Source of the DNA: an uncultured virus (IMG/VR IMGVR_UViG_3300028833_000011)
Taxonomy: Duplodnaviria > Heunggongvirae > Uroviricota > Caudoviricetes
Virus record (IMG/VR): IMGVR_UViG_3300028833_000011
Reading direction: 5' to 3' (one strand)
DNA length: 20,000 nucleotides
Each line of letters starts with the position of its first letter. Positions within the stretch are counted from its first letter, which is position 1. Under the pieces are notes generated by a model. It was not told the origin of the DNA, did not search any database, and saw only the letters and a program-made list of their open reading frames with translations. Below are positions 8,871 through 16,960 of the stretch, in pieces. The position numbers and the translations under genes are program-made.

Positions 8871-9326
8871 ATGGGATGGATGGAGTTTGTTCTTGCGGCG
8901 GCCACAACGATAATGGGTGGCGGTTGGATATTTACGTATCGTGCGTATAAACGGAAAAACGACGGCGAGGCTACGCAAGCCGAGGCAGATGGGTGGAAAT
9001 CACAACAAGATGTGTATCAACAGACGATTGAGGACTTAAAGTCGTCTTGCGCATACATCAAAGAGGATAGAAACCTATTAAGGGAGGAAAACAAACAACT
9101 GCTTGACGAAAACAAGCAATTGCGCGAAAAGTATAACGACCTTGAACGGCAAATCCTTGATATGAAAAACGAATACCAAATCCAAATGTGTGATTTGCGC
9201 AAGGAAATAGCCAAACAAGGTAGAAAAATTGAAAGTTTGCTCCCTTTCACTTGTGGACTTGCGGGTTGCCCAAACAGGTCGCGAGTCGAAATTGTTGAAA
9301 AGTTGCCAAACGACTTAAAAAACTAA
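8871..9326 (+). CDS. Putative holin-like membrane protein with coiled-coil
   Basis: N-terminal hydrophobic segment followed by YRAYKRK, a long coiled coil and CGLAGCPNR. Directly upstream of the endolysin. Confidence 0.5.
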   Translation: MGWMEFVLAAATTIMGGGWIFTYRAYKRKNDGEATQAEADGWKSQQDVYQQTIEDLKSSCAYIKEDRNLLREENKQLLDENKQLREKYNDLERQILDMKNEYQIQMCDLRKEIAKQGRKIESLLPFTCGLAGCPNRSRVEIVEKLPNDLKN

Positions 9327-9329
9327 ATT

Positions 9330-9938
9330 ATGGCTGAAAAAACAATACGGAAAGGATGTCGCGGAAACGTTGTAAAGACGCTTCAAAGGGCGTTGCACCT
9401 TGTCGAGGATGGTATCTTTGGGGATATAACGGAGGAGGCCGTAAAGGATTTTCAACGGGCAAACGGCCTTACCCCCGACGGGGTTGTTGGCGAAAAGACG
9501 TGGCAAGCATTAGGGCTATCGCCCAACAAGCGCAATATCGACGAAATAATCGTTCATTGCACCGCAACGAAAGAGGGAAAAGACTTTACCATTGCCGACA
9601 TCACACGATGGCATAAGGCAAAGGGATATACGACCATCGGTTATCATTACGTCGTCTATCGCGACGGGCGCATAATGAAAGGCCGCGACGAGAACCTTGT
9701 TGGCGCACATTGCAAGAACCACAATACGCGTTCTATCGGTGTGTGTTATGTGGGCGGGTGTGGCGCCGACGGGCTTACTCCGAAAGATACGCGCACAGTC
9801 GCACAAATATCGTCGCTTTTAAGCCTATTGCGCGATTTGCGACGCAAATACCCAAAGGCAAAGATATATGGCCATCGCGATTTTGCGGCAAAGGCATGCC
9901 CGTCTTTTGACGCTACGCGGGAATACGCTACAATTTAG
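9330..9938 (+). CDS. Endolysin: peptidoglycan-binding domain + N-acetylmuramoyl-L-alanine amidase (Amidase_2, T7 lysozyme-like)
   Basis: PG_binding_1 motifs (DGIFG..TEEAVKDFQ, DGVVG..TW) and amidase motifs IIVHCTAT, GYHYV, GAHC, GHRDF..KACP. Confidence 0.93.
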   Translation: MAEKTIRKGCRGNVVKTLQRALHLVEDGIFGDITEEAVKDFQRANGLTPDGVVGEKTWQALGLSPNKRNIDEIIVHCTATKEGKDFTIADITRWHKAKGYTTIGYHYVVYRDGRIMKGRDENLVGAHCKNHNTRSIGVCYVGGCGADGLTPKDTRTVAQISSLLSLLRDLRRKYPKAKIYGHRDFAAKACPSFDATREYATI

Positions 9939-9964
9939 AGTTACACATTATTAATATATATAAT

Positions 9965-10357
9965 ATGAAACATTTGCTTTTTTTGATTACGCTTTTGATT
10001 CTATGTTCGTGCGCGTCACGAAAGCAAATAGAGTATCGTGATAGGTATATAGATAGGTACATCACCAATACCCAACACGACACCATCATAAACAATACGC
10101 GTGACTCTATCTACGTTAGCATCTACGAAAAAGGCGACACCATCTACAATACCAAGTACGTTGAAAGAACGATATACCTTGACAAGATAAAAATCCAAAT
10201 TGACACGATATATCGCGATTCAATTCGTACAGAATTCATCGAAAAGACCAAGGAAGTTATAAAAATACCTAAAATATACCACATTTCTTTGGTTATTTGT
10301 ATAATAATGCTTATATTTGCAATCGCAAAAGCGCTAAAATGGCTCAAAATATTTTAG
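9965..10357 (+). CDS. Lipoprotein with C-terminal TM helix; unimolecular-spanin-like
   Basis: Signal peptide with lipobox (LILCSC), beta-rich middle with DTI/DSI repeats, C-terminal hydrophobic helix followed by lysines. Lies after the endolysin. Confidence 0.7.
   Translation: MKHLLFLITLLILCSCASRKQIEYRDRYIDRYITNTQHDTIINNTRDSIYVSIYEKGDTIYNTKYVERTIYLDKIKIQIDTIYRDSIRTEFIEKTKEVIKIPKIYHISLVICIIMLIFAIAKALKWLKIF
10312..10322 (+). promoter_or_regulatory. Candidate internal -7 promoter for the tail/fibre genes
   Basis: Third exact copy of TATATTTGCAA, ending 17 nt before the ATG at 10339. Confidence 0.55.
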
Positions 10358-13300
10358 GACATAATAGGACATTTCCTATATACAATGCCGACGGCACGTC
10401 GTTCCACAACCTTACTCTAAAACGGGCTGTGGTAAGTAGCGTTGTCATGTCTTTGGGCGACAACATTAGCGGCGATGTCATATATCCCGACAATAGCCTT
10501 GTCGTGACGATGCAAGAATATATTGTTTACAATGACGTAAAGTATATTCTTGTAAACCCTCCTACAGTGGTTCGCGAAGGAATGGTAAGTGACAACGGCG
10601 ACTTGCATGGCGCAACGAAGTATTCGTTCGTGTTCTATCACCCGATGTGCATTCTTTCCAACTTGCCGTTTTCGGATGTGGCCGTCACGAATGACCAAAC
10701 AAAATACCTTTCGCAAAACAAGTCGTTTGCGTGGATGGGTACGCCACAAGACTTTATCGATAAACTTAACAAGAATCTCGAGTACACCGAATGGGTGGTG
10801 GCAAAAAGCGAGCGTTTCCCGTCCGACAAGGACGACCAACTTAGCGATGTATTAACATTTGATAACAATACGATAGCCGATGCGCTTAAAACGGGCTATG
10901 ACACATGGAATGTTGCATACGTCATTTCCCAAATAGATGAAAGCGACGCCCGCTATGCGCAAGGAAAGCGGTTCCTTATCGAATACGGATTGCCTTCGAA
11001 TGAAATATACGAAAGCAACGAAAAACGCCTTTCCAACGAACCCTATGTGTTTAGATTCGGCAAAGGTGTCGGCTTAAAGAACAATTCCCGCACGCCGAGA
11101 AACAACAAAATCATCACCCGAATTGCGGGCTATGGTAGCGAGGATAACATTCCCTATGGCTATCCGCAAATACGTTGGTACGGCAACCAAAATTGGGACT
11201 TTACGATAGGAAATAGCCAAGATTCGCCCAATTCATACCCGATATATACGGGTGTAGTTGGCGGCGAAATTGTGCGCCTTATCAAGCACCCGTTTACGCG
11301 CGAGCATTTGATGCCGTCTATTTATGCGCAAACGATTTTCAACAAAGTTAGCCCATATCTTAGCGACGGCACCGCAAATCCGAACTATGACCCAAATTTG
11401 GAAATAAAGGACTATTATGACGCAATCGATGGTTCCGTTTTTCCAAACGTCGTAAACCCGTTGGCACCTCTATATGAGATTCACGAGTTTTCCGACATCA
11501 AACCCGAACTTGGCTCGCAAAGCATCGTAACGGCGTTTCCCGTTGACAAGACAACGGCCGTTGCGGACAAGTGGATTGATGATGTTGACGACGACGGCAA
11601 TTACATACAAGGCTATTTTGCCGTAGTATTGCCCGTATTGTCGTTTGACATCTATGCGTGCGCCGCAATAACCCAAGAAATGCGCATTAGCATGCGTAGC
11701 GGCGATTGTATCGGTAGCACATTTAACGTCCAAGTGGATTGGGACGACTATCGAGCAAACTTTTACGACGTAGATGGCAACTTTGACCCAATTATCGGCA
11801 ATGGACATCCAAGAAACGCGAACAAATATCCCGATAGCCGACAAGGGCGCGTAACGCTTATTCTACAAAAGGAAACCGAAACGTTCGGCACATTGATGCC
11901 AAACATATATCAAAAGCCGAAATCGGGTGACAACTTTGTAGTGCTTGGCATATCGATGCCGTCGTCATACGTAGAGGATGCCGAGGAACGCCTTGACGCG
12001 GAAATGATGTCGCACATGCTTGAAAACAACGTGTACTATTACGAATACCCGTTAAAGTTTGACGAGCATTTCCTTGCAACACATCCTTACATCCTTTCGC
12101 AACTAAAGCCCAATAGCATCGTGCGTTTCATGTATGGCGCACAAGAACTTGAATTGTATGTAAAGGAATTTACAATCAAGTACGAAAATAGGCCGTTGCC
12201 GACCTACGACATAACGCTTACGGACAACATCGAGGTTGTTCTTAACCAAATCGGTCAGGTATCGGAAGAGGTAGAACATCTTGGTTCGTTGATTGCGGTT
12301 TTACGTCAAAGTTACAACCGAAATGTTTGGATTGAATTGGCCAAGAAACTTTCAAAGGTTGATGACGACGTGGCGCGTGGCCTTATCACGTTCATAAAAG
12401 GTATCAACCTTCGTGCCGATACAACAAACGGGAATATCGCGCTTAACTTTGACAATTCACTTGAAAAAGGTACGTCGGGTAGCGGCGTATGGCGTGACGA
12501 AAACCATAATTGGCATGCGCAATTCGACTTTCTTAGGGTCAACAAGAAATTGTCGGCCATTGAGGTTGAAATTGAAAAGATGTCGCATATCGGCGGCGCA
12601 CTTGTCCTTTCTGCTACACGATGTACGTTGTCACGCGTGGAAATTGACGAGGAAAACAACTTGGCCGTATGCTATTTCAACGCGATAGACGAGGACGGGG
12701 TGGCGATAACAAACGATTGGAAAGTCGGCGACCAAGCAAGGGTACAAACGTTCAACATCGTCAATCGTCAAACGGGCGAATTGTCAAACCACTATTGGTG
12801 GCGCAAGGTTGAGCAAGTCGGCATCACGCAAGACCGCTCGGAACACTACATAGTGTTTGACATTGAGGACACCCAAGCCAAGCAAGGTGATACATTCGAT
12901 GTTGGTAGCGACCTTCCTATGGTTGGCGACGACGTTGTTTTGTGTGGTTCGCGCGCCAAACTTACGGGTAGCGACGATTACGACCTTTCACGCCAAAACG
13001 TTATCATACTTGACGCGGCGGGAGATGGTTCGCCTTTCATTCGCATTTACAAGGGCGTAGGTGGTGGGCAATATCCGTTCAACCTCGGAACGGCGAGGAT
13101 AGACCTTAACGCCGACGACCCAAAACTTGATGTTTCGTCTTTGAAAATTACGGCCAACGGCGCATCAAAGGACGTTGGGGAGATTATTGACGATTCTTTC
13201 CTCGTTTGGTATGTCGTAGGTGACGCGCCTTGCGACCAAAGCGGCGAAATATTGGAAACCATCACGCTTGGCTTTACGGGCTTTCCCGATACAGTCAACG

Positions 13301-14895
13301 GGTGGACGGCCAACGATTATGCGGCACACGTCGGCGACATAGCACTAACTGAGGATGGTGTATGCTATCGCTTTGAGTATGACGAACTTACAAGCACATA
13401 CCTTTGGGTGCGCAAAAGCGACGATTTCTTGATTCAAGCGTTGGAAACGTCAAATGCCAACCGCCAAACGTTGCAAAACATGGCGAGCGACGACGTGATA
13501 ACGAAACAAGAAAAGGTACAACTAAACACGTTGCGCGTGCAAATAAACGCCGAAAAGCAACAAATAGTATCGGAGGCAAACACGTTCAATGTAAATAGCA
13601 CTGTCGTTTCGGTGGTGGCATATACAAGCGCTTACAACGCACTTAAAGCATTCCTTGACTATTTCCTTGATAGGGCGTCAAGTGACACACCACTTATCGA
13701 CGATAACGGCTATACGTTATACGCATCGGCCACAATGGGATTGGATGGTGTACGCACTTATTCGGTGTCATACGTCAATCTAAGCACACACTCCTATGCT
13801 GGCAAGGTGTATTCAACGGCCATTAGCGACTATTATGCGCAATATACGCTTTTAAGAAAGAGCATTACGGCGGGTATGCGCAACGAAATTCGCGCGGCAA
13901 GTAGTTCGGGATATGACGCCGAAATAAACGCTTACGTTGGGCAATTAATCAACCTATTGCCAATAACAAGCGAAACTTCGGGCACATTCACGCTTACTGA
14001 ATTAAATTCGCTTTATAACGCAATAAGTAGTTGGGAGTGGGACTACACGACAAATCCGTCGGTACCTACGATAAACGGCGCAGGTTTGCTTACAACGTCC
14101 AATTTTGCGGCCTTGTGGTCACAAGCATACGAAAGTGGCGCATTGATGGCAAGTGCCATTATACAAGCATTCACGCAATCGGGCGGCTTGGACGAAGAAG
14201 GGAATAGGTTGTGGATAAGTGGTGTTGGTATTTCGGCCGATTACTTTATTTGCAATACCCAAAACTTTAAGGTCGATATAGACGGAAATGTTGAGGTAAC
14301 TGGCGACGTATCGGCTAAGAACTTTGTCAACAAGTTCGTCACCTTGCCCGCCCTCTACTACTACGATAGCAGAGCAGACCTATACATTCCCACCCACCAA
14401 ATTGACTTATACGAACTCCTTACCGACTTTTATTACTACCTTGATGGTGGGCAATACAAGAAGTTCGAGGTTGGTAGCAATCGCAACTTTGTCATCGGTG
14501 ACGACATCACTGGAGTGGTAATGACGCACACCGAAGAAATGCTTGCGATTTGCCCCAACGGAACGCGAGTGCTTTTTATCAACAATTCGGTGATAGGCAC
14601 GCAGTCGGGTAACGGGCAAACCTTGCAAAGCGGGCTCGTTAGCAGCAATGTGGTGCAGTTCATCAATTCCGACGGAATAACCCCACGTTGGTTCTTGGGA
14701 GTGAGCAAGGAACTCGAACCGCACGGCAACCTCGACTTTGTTGCGCTTGGAGCATTTACCCCAGTCTATCAGGCTTTTGTCGGGAGCGGACTTGTCGAGT
14801 TCGTGTCAATCCCCGACGAGGACGACAAGTGTGATTGGGTGCTAACAAGAATGTCGGCGGCATATTACAAATACGATTCTAATATACCGATATGA
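10339..14895 (+). CDS. Large tail tip / central fibre protein (~1518 aa)
   Basis: Tal/hub-like N-terminus (ITRIAGYGSEDNIP); motifs seen in Bacteroides phage tail proteins (LSKVDDDVARGLITF, HIGGALVLS); coiled coil ASDDVITKQEK. Start placed at 10339 (MAQNI) rather than 10297 because of the A-rich leader and upstream promoter motif. Confidence 0.75.
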   Translation: MAQNILGHNRTFPIYNADGTSFHNLTLKRAVVSSVVMSLGDNISGDVIYPDNSLVVTMQEYIVYNDVKYILVNPPTVVREGMVSDNGDLHGATKYSFVFYHPMCILSNLPFSDVAVTNDQTKYLSQNKSFAWMGTPQDFIDKLNKNLEYTEWVVAKSERFPSDKDDQLSDVLTFDNNTIADALKTGYDTWNVAYVISQIDESDARYAQGKRFLIEYGLPSNEIYESNEKRLSNEPYVFRFGKGVGLKNNSRTPRNNKIITRIAGYGSEDNIPYGYPQIRWYGNQNWDFTIGNSQDSPNSYPIYTGVVGGEIVRLIKHPFTREHLMPSIYAQTIFNKVSPYLSDGTANPNYDPNLEIKDYYDAIDGSVFPNVVNPLAPLYEIHEFSDIKPELGSQSIVTAFPVDKTTAVADKWIDDVDDDGNYIQGYFAVVLPVLSFDIYACAAITQEMRISMRSGDCIGSTFNVQVDWDDYRANFYDVDGNFDPIIGNGHPRNANKYPDSRQGRVTLILQKETETFGTLMPNIYQKPKSGDNFVVLGISMPSSYVEDAEERLDAEMMSHMLENNVYYYEYPLKFDEHFLATHPYILSQLKPNSIVRFMYGAQELELYVKEFTIKYENRPLPTYDITLTDNIEVVLNQIGQVSEEVEHLGSLIAVLRQSYNRNVWIELAKKLSKVDDDVARGLITFIKGINLRADTTNGNIALNFDNSLEKGTSGSGVWRDENHNWHAQFDFLRVNKKLSAIEVEIEKMSHIGGALVLSATRCTLSRVEIDEENNLAVCYFNAIDEDGVAITNDWKVGDQARVQTFNIVNRQTGELSNHYWWRKVEQVGITQDRSEHYIVFDIEDTQAKQGDTFDVGSDLPMVGDDVVLCGSRAKLTGSDDYDLSRQNVIILDAAGDGSPFIRIYKGVGGGQYPFNLGTARIDLNADDPKLDVSSLKITANGASKDVGEIIDDSFLVWYVVGDAPCDQSGEILETITLGFTGFPDTVNGWTANDYAAHVGDIALTEDGVCYRFEYDELTSTYLWVRKSDDFLIQALETSNANRQTLQNMASDDVITKQEKVQLNTLRVQINAEKQQIVSEANTFNVNSTVVSVVAYTSAYNALKAFLDYFLDRASSDTPLIDDNGYTLYASATMGLDGVRTYSVSYVNLSTHSYAGKVYSTAISDYYAQYTLLRKSITAGMRNEIRAASSSGYDAEINAYVGQLINLLPITSETSGTFTLTELNSLYNAISSWEWDYTTNPSVPTINGAGLLTTSNFAALWSQAYESGALMASAIIQAFTQSGGLDEEGNRLWISGVGISADYFICNTQNFKVDIDGNVEVTGDVSAKNFVNKFVTLPALYYYDSRADLYIPTHQIDLYELLTDFYYYLDGGQYKKFEVGSNRNFVIGDDITGVVMTHTEEMLAICPNGTRVLFINNSVIGTQSGNGQTLQSGLVSSNVVQFINSDGITPRWFLGVSKELEPHGNLDFVALGAFTPVYQAFVGSGLVEFVSIPDEDDKCDWVLTRMSAAYYKYDSNIPI

Positions 14896-15092
14896 AATGT
14901 CTTAGGATAACTGGCAAGCCCCACTTAGGTCGTTACGATGTTAGTGTCATGGGTGAAAATCGGATGAAACAAGCCGAGGACACCCACGACACAGTAATGC
15001 AAGTCTTGCGACTTAGGCTCCAATGGGACATCATCAACTACCAAAAGACAAAGAACAATAGATTTGATTATGTATTCCCAATAACGTTCTAA
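14892..15092 (+). CDS. Small hypothetical tail-associated protein (66 aa)
   Basis: ATGA overlap with the upstream stop, 2 nt gap to the next gene, aromatic C-terminus FDYVFPITF. Confidence 0.6.
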   Translation: MKCLRITGKPHLGRYDVSVMGENRMKQAEDTHDTVMQVLRLRLQWDIINYQKTKNNRFDYVFPITF

Positions 15093-15094
15093 CG

Positions 15095-15934
15095 ATGCCA
15101 AACAATACAATAGAACAAAACAAAGCGTATCTTGAAGATTCGTCAAGATTTCCGAAGTTGCAATCGTCGCCACTTTTGCAGCCTCGCTATCAACATACGC
15201 ACGAGGAATATAATAGGATTATCGAATATCTTAGCCAACTATATCAAAAAAGCCAACAAGCGGTATATACAGTGGACTTGGCTTTTAACGGCGAAAGTTT
15301 CAATCCTATTGCCAACAACGCCGTTGCGACGGCGGTTCAAGACATAAACACAAAAATTAGCCGATTCAAGGTAGTTTTTTTTCATTCGATAGAAGCAAGC
15401 GGTAGTGATAGGCAACAATCGTCAAGCGCTCAAAGCACAAGCGACGAGGTGTTTTGGTTTGAAAATACGGCGACATTCGGCTTTGTACCTGGAGGCTTGA
15501 TTGTTGTAGGCGGAGCAACGCAATACTATTCAAATTGGGGGAATAGGGGAGAATATACAAACGAACAATTCCAACCTTACGCCGACAAGATATACTATTG
15601 CGTATCGGAACAAAAACTTTATGTTTGGGACGGCGAAACAATTGTAGCTATCGGCGGTTCGGCGGGTAAAAGTGCTTACCAAATTGCACTTGACAACGGC
15701 TTTGTCGGTACCGAACAACAATGGCTATTGTCGCTAAAAGGCGAAACGGGTGCGACGGGCGCAACGGGCGCGAAAGGTGACAAGGGCGATAAAGGCGACA
15801 AGGGTTCGCACGTCCTTATGAACTTTGAAATCGACGACACTAACGGATGCTTAATGTTAACGGAGGCAGACGAAGATGAATCGATGGACTTTGAAATTGA
15901 CGCGAATGGAAACTTTAATATAATTCTAAATTAG
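15095..15934 (+). CDS. Tail fibre-associated protein with short collagen-like segment
   Basis: Phage fibre motifs NPIANNAV, PYADKIY...LYVWDG and GKSAYQIALDNGFVGTEQQWLLSLKG, followed by a Gly-X-Y run. Confidence 0.75.
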   Translation: MPNNTIEQNKAYLEDSSRFPKLQSSPLLQPRYQHTHEEYNRIIEYLSQLYQKSQQAVYTVDLAFNGESFNPIANNAVATAVQDINTKISRFKVVFFHSIEASGSDRQQSSSAQSTSDEVFWFENTATFGFVPGGLIVVGGATQYYSNWGNRGEYTNEQFQPYADKIYYCVSEQKLYVWDGETIVAIGGSAGKSAYQIALDNGFVGTEQQWLLSLKGETGATGATGAKGDKGDKGDKGSHVLMNFEIDDTNGCLMLTEADEDESMDFEIDANGNFNIILN

Positions 15935-15938
15935 TGTT

Positions 15939-16943
15939 ATGAAGAAAATAAGGATTAAAAACACGATTGGTGTCGCGGCCGAGGTGTTGACCGACGGCAA
16001 CGAGGTGAGCCTTGTTGGGCGTGACATCCATGTTCTTTTGACCGACCCAAGGGGCGCGTCGTTCGAAATGCCTTGGCATATCGACGAGGAACACAATAAC
16101 GTGGTTAGGTTCAACTACGAGGGAACCGACCAGCAATGGACTGGAACGTATCGCGTTGAGGTGTGGGAGAACAAGGGTAATCGTTCGCAAGCAATCTTCG
16201 ACAAAGAGGCATTTACGTTGGTTCCAAGAACCGAACTTGCCGACGACATCGCTGACAATCTTGCGACCTATCAAGTTCAACTAACGGGCGGCGCGATACT
16301 TATCGGCGGCAAAGACGGCGTTGGCATTCGTAATATAACGTATATCGGGCGTTATGGCGCGGCCAATCGCTATGAAATCGAACTTACCGACGGCAACACG
16401 TTCACGTTTGACGCCAACGACGGCGCAAAAGGCGACCAAGGAAACCAAGGTGTCGGAATCGTCAATATTCGACCGACGTACATGGCCACAAACGGCACGC
16501 AGTACATCATTGAATTGTCCGACGGCACGGCCTATCCGTTCTTTGTGCCAAAGGGCGACAAGGGTGAAAAAGGCGACCGAGGCATACAAGGTGAAAAAGG
16601 CGAACGGGGAGAAAAAGGTGCCAAAGGCGACGCGGGCAACGATGGCGTCGGCATCAGCCAAATTTACCTTAATTACGTCGGCGAAACATATCGTCAATAC
16701 GTCATTCGACTTTCCAACGGACGTTCATATTCGTTCGAGGTTGACAAGGGCGACAAGGGCGATACGGGCGCGCAAGGCATCCAAGGCGAACGCGGAGAAC
16801 AAGGTTATACGCCATATATCCAAGACGAATATTGGTATATCAACGGCGTAAACACGGGCGTAAAAGCGACATCAAACGTTACTATCGACTTGCAAAATTT
16901 GGGTGTAGATAGCGAAACGGGACAACTATATATAGATGTTTAA
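15939..16943 (+). CDS. Collagen-repeat tail fibre / baseplate-arm protein
   Basis: N-terminal beta domain (BppU-like by position and pattern), then three GVGI...Y.I.L(T/S)(D/N)G...F repeats separated by Gly-X-Y stretches. Confidence 0.75.
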   Translation: MKKIRIKNTIGVAAEVLTDGNEVSLVGRDIHVLLTDPRGASFEMPWHIDEEHNNVVRFNYEGTDQQWTGTYRVEVWENKGNRSQAIFDKEAFTLVPRTELADDIADNLATYQVQLTGGAILIGGKDGVGIRNITYIGRYGAANRYEIELTDGNTFTFDANDGAKGDQGNQGVGIVNIRPTYMATNGTQYIIELSDGTAYPFFVPKGDKGEKGDRGIQGEKGERGEKGAKGDAGNDGVGISQIYLNYVGETYRQYVIRLSNGRSYSFEVDKGDKGDTGAQGIQGERGEQGYTPYIQDEYWYINGVNTGVKATSNVTIDLQNLGVDSETGQLYIDV

Positions 16944-16960
16944 CTTAAAACGTTATAACA

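Noticed and set aside
7926..8905. Overlapping ORFs within the portal gene (138, 143, 152 aa)
   Set aside because: Arg/Ser-rich off-frame translations with no initiation signals or motifs.
10297..10338. Upstream start for the large tail gene given by the ORF track
   Set aside because: Longer overlap with the spanin gene, and it lies upstream of the candidate promoter. ATG 10339 has the better leader.
15738..16806. Short nucleotide repeats (AAGGGCGAC-like) as a CRISPR or regulatory array
   Set aside because: They encode Gly-X-Y collagen triplets; no repeat-spacer structure.
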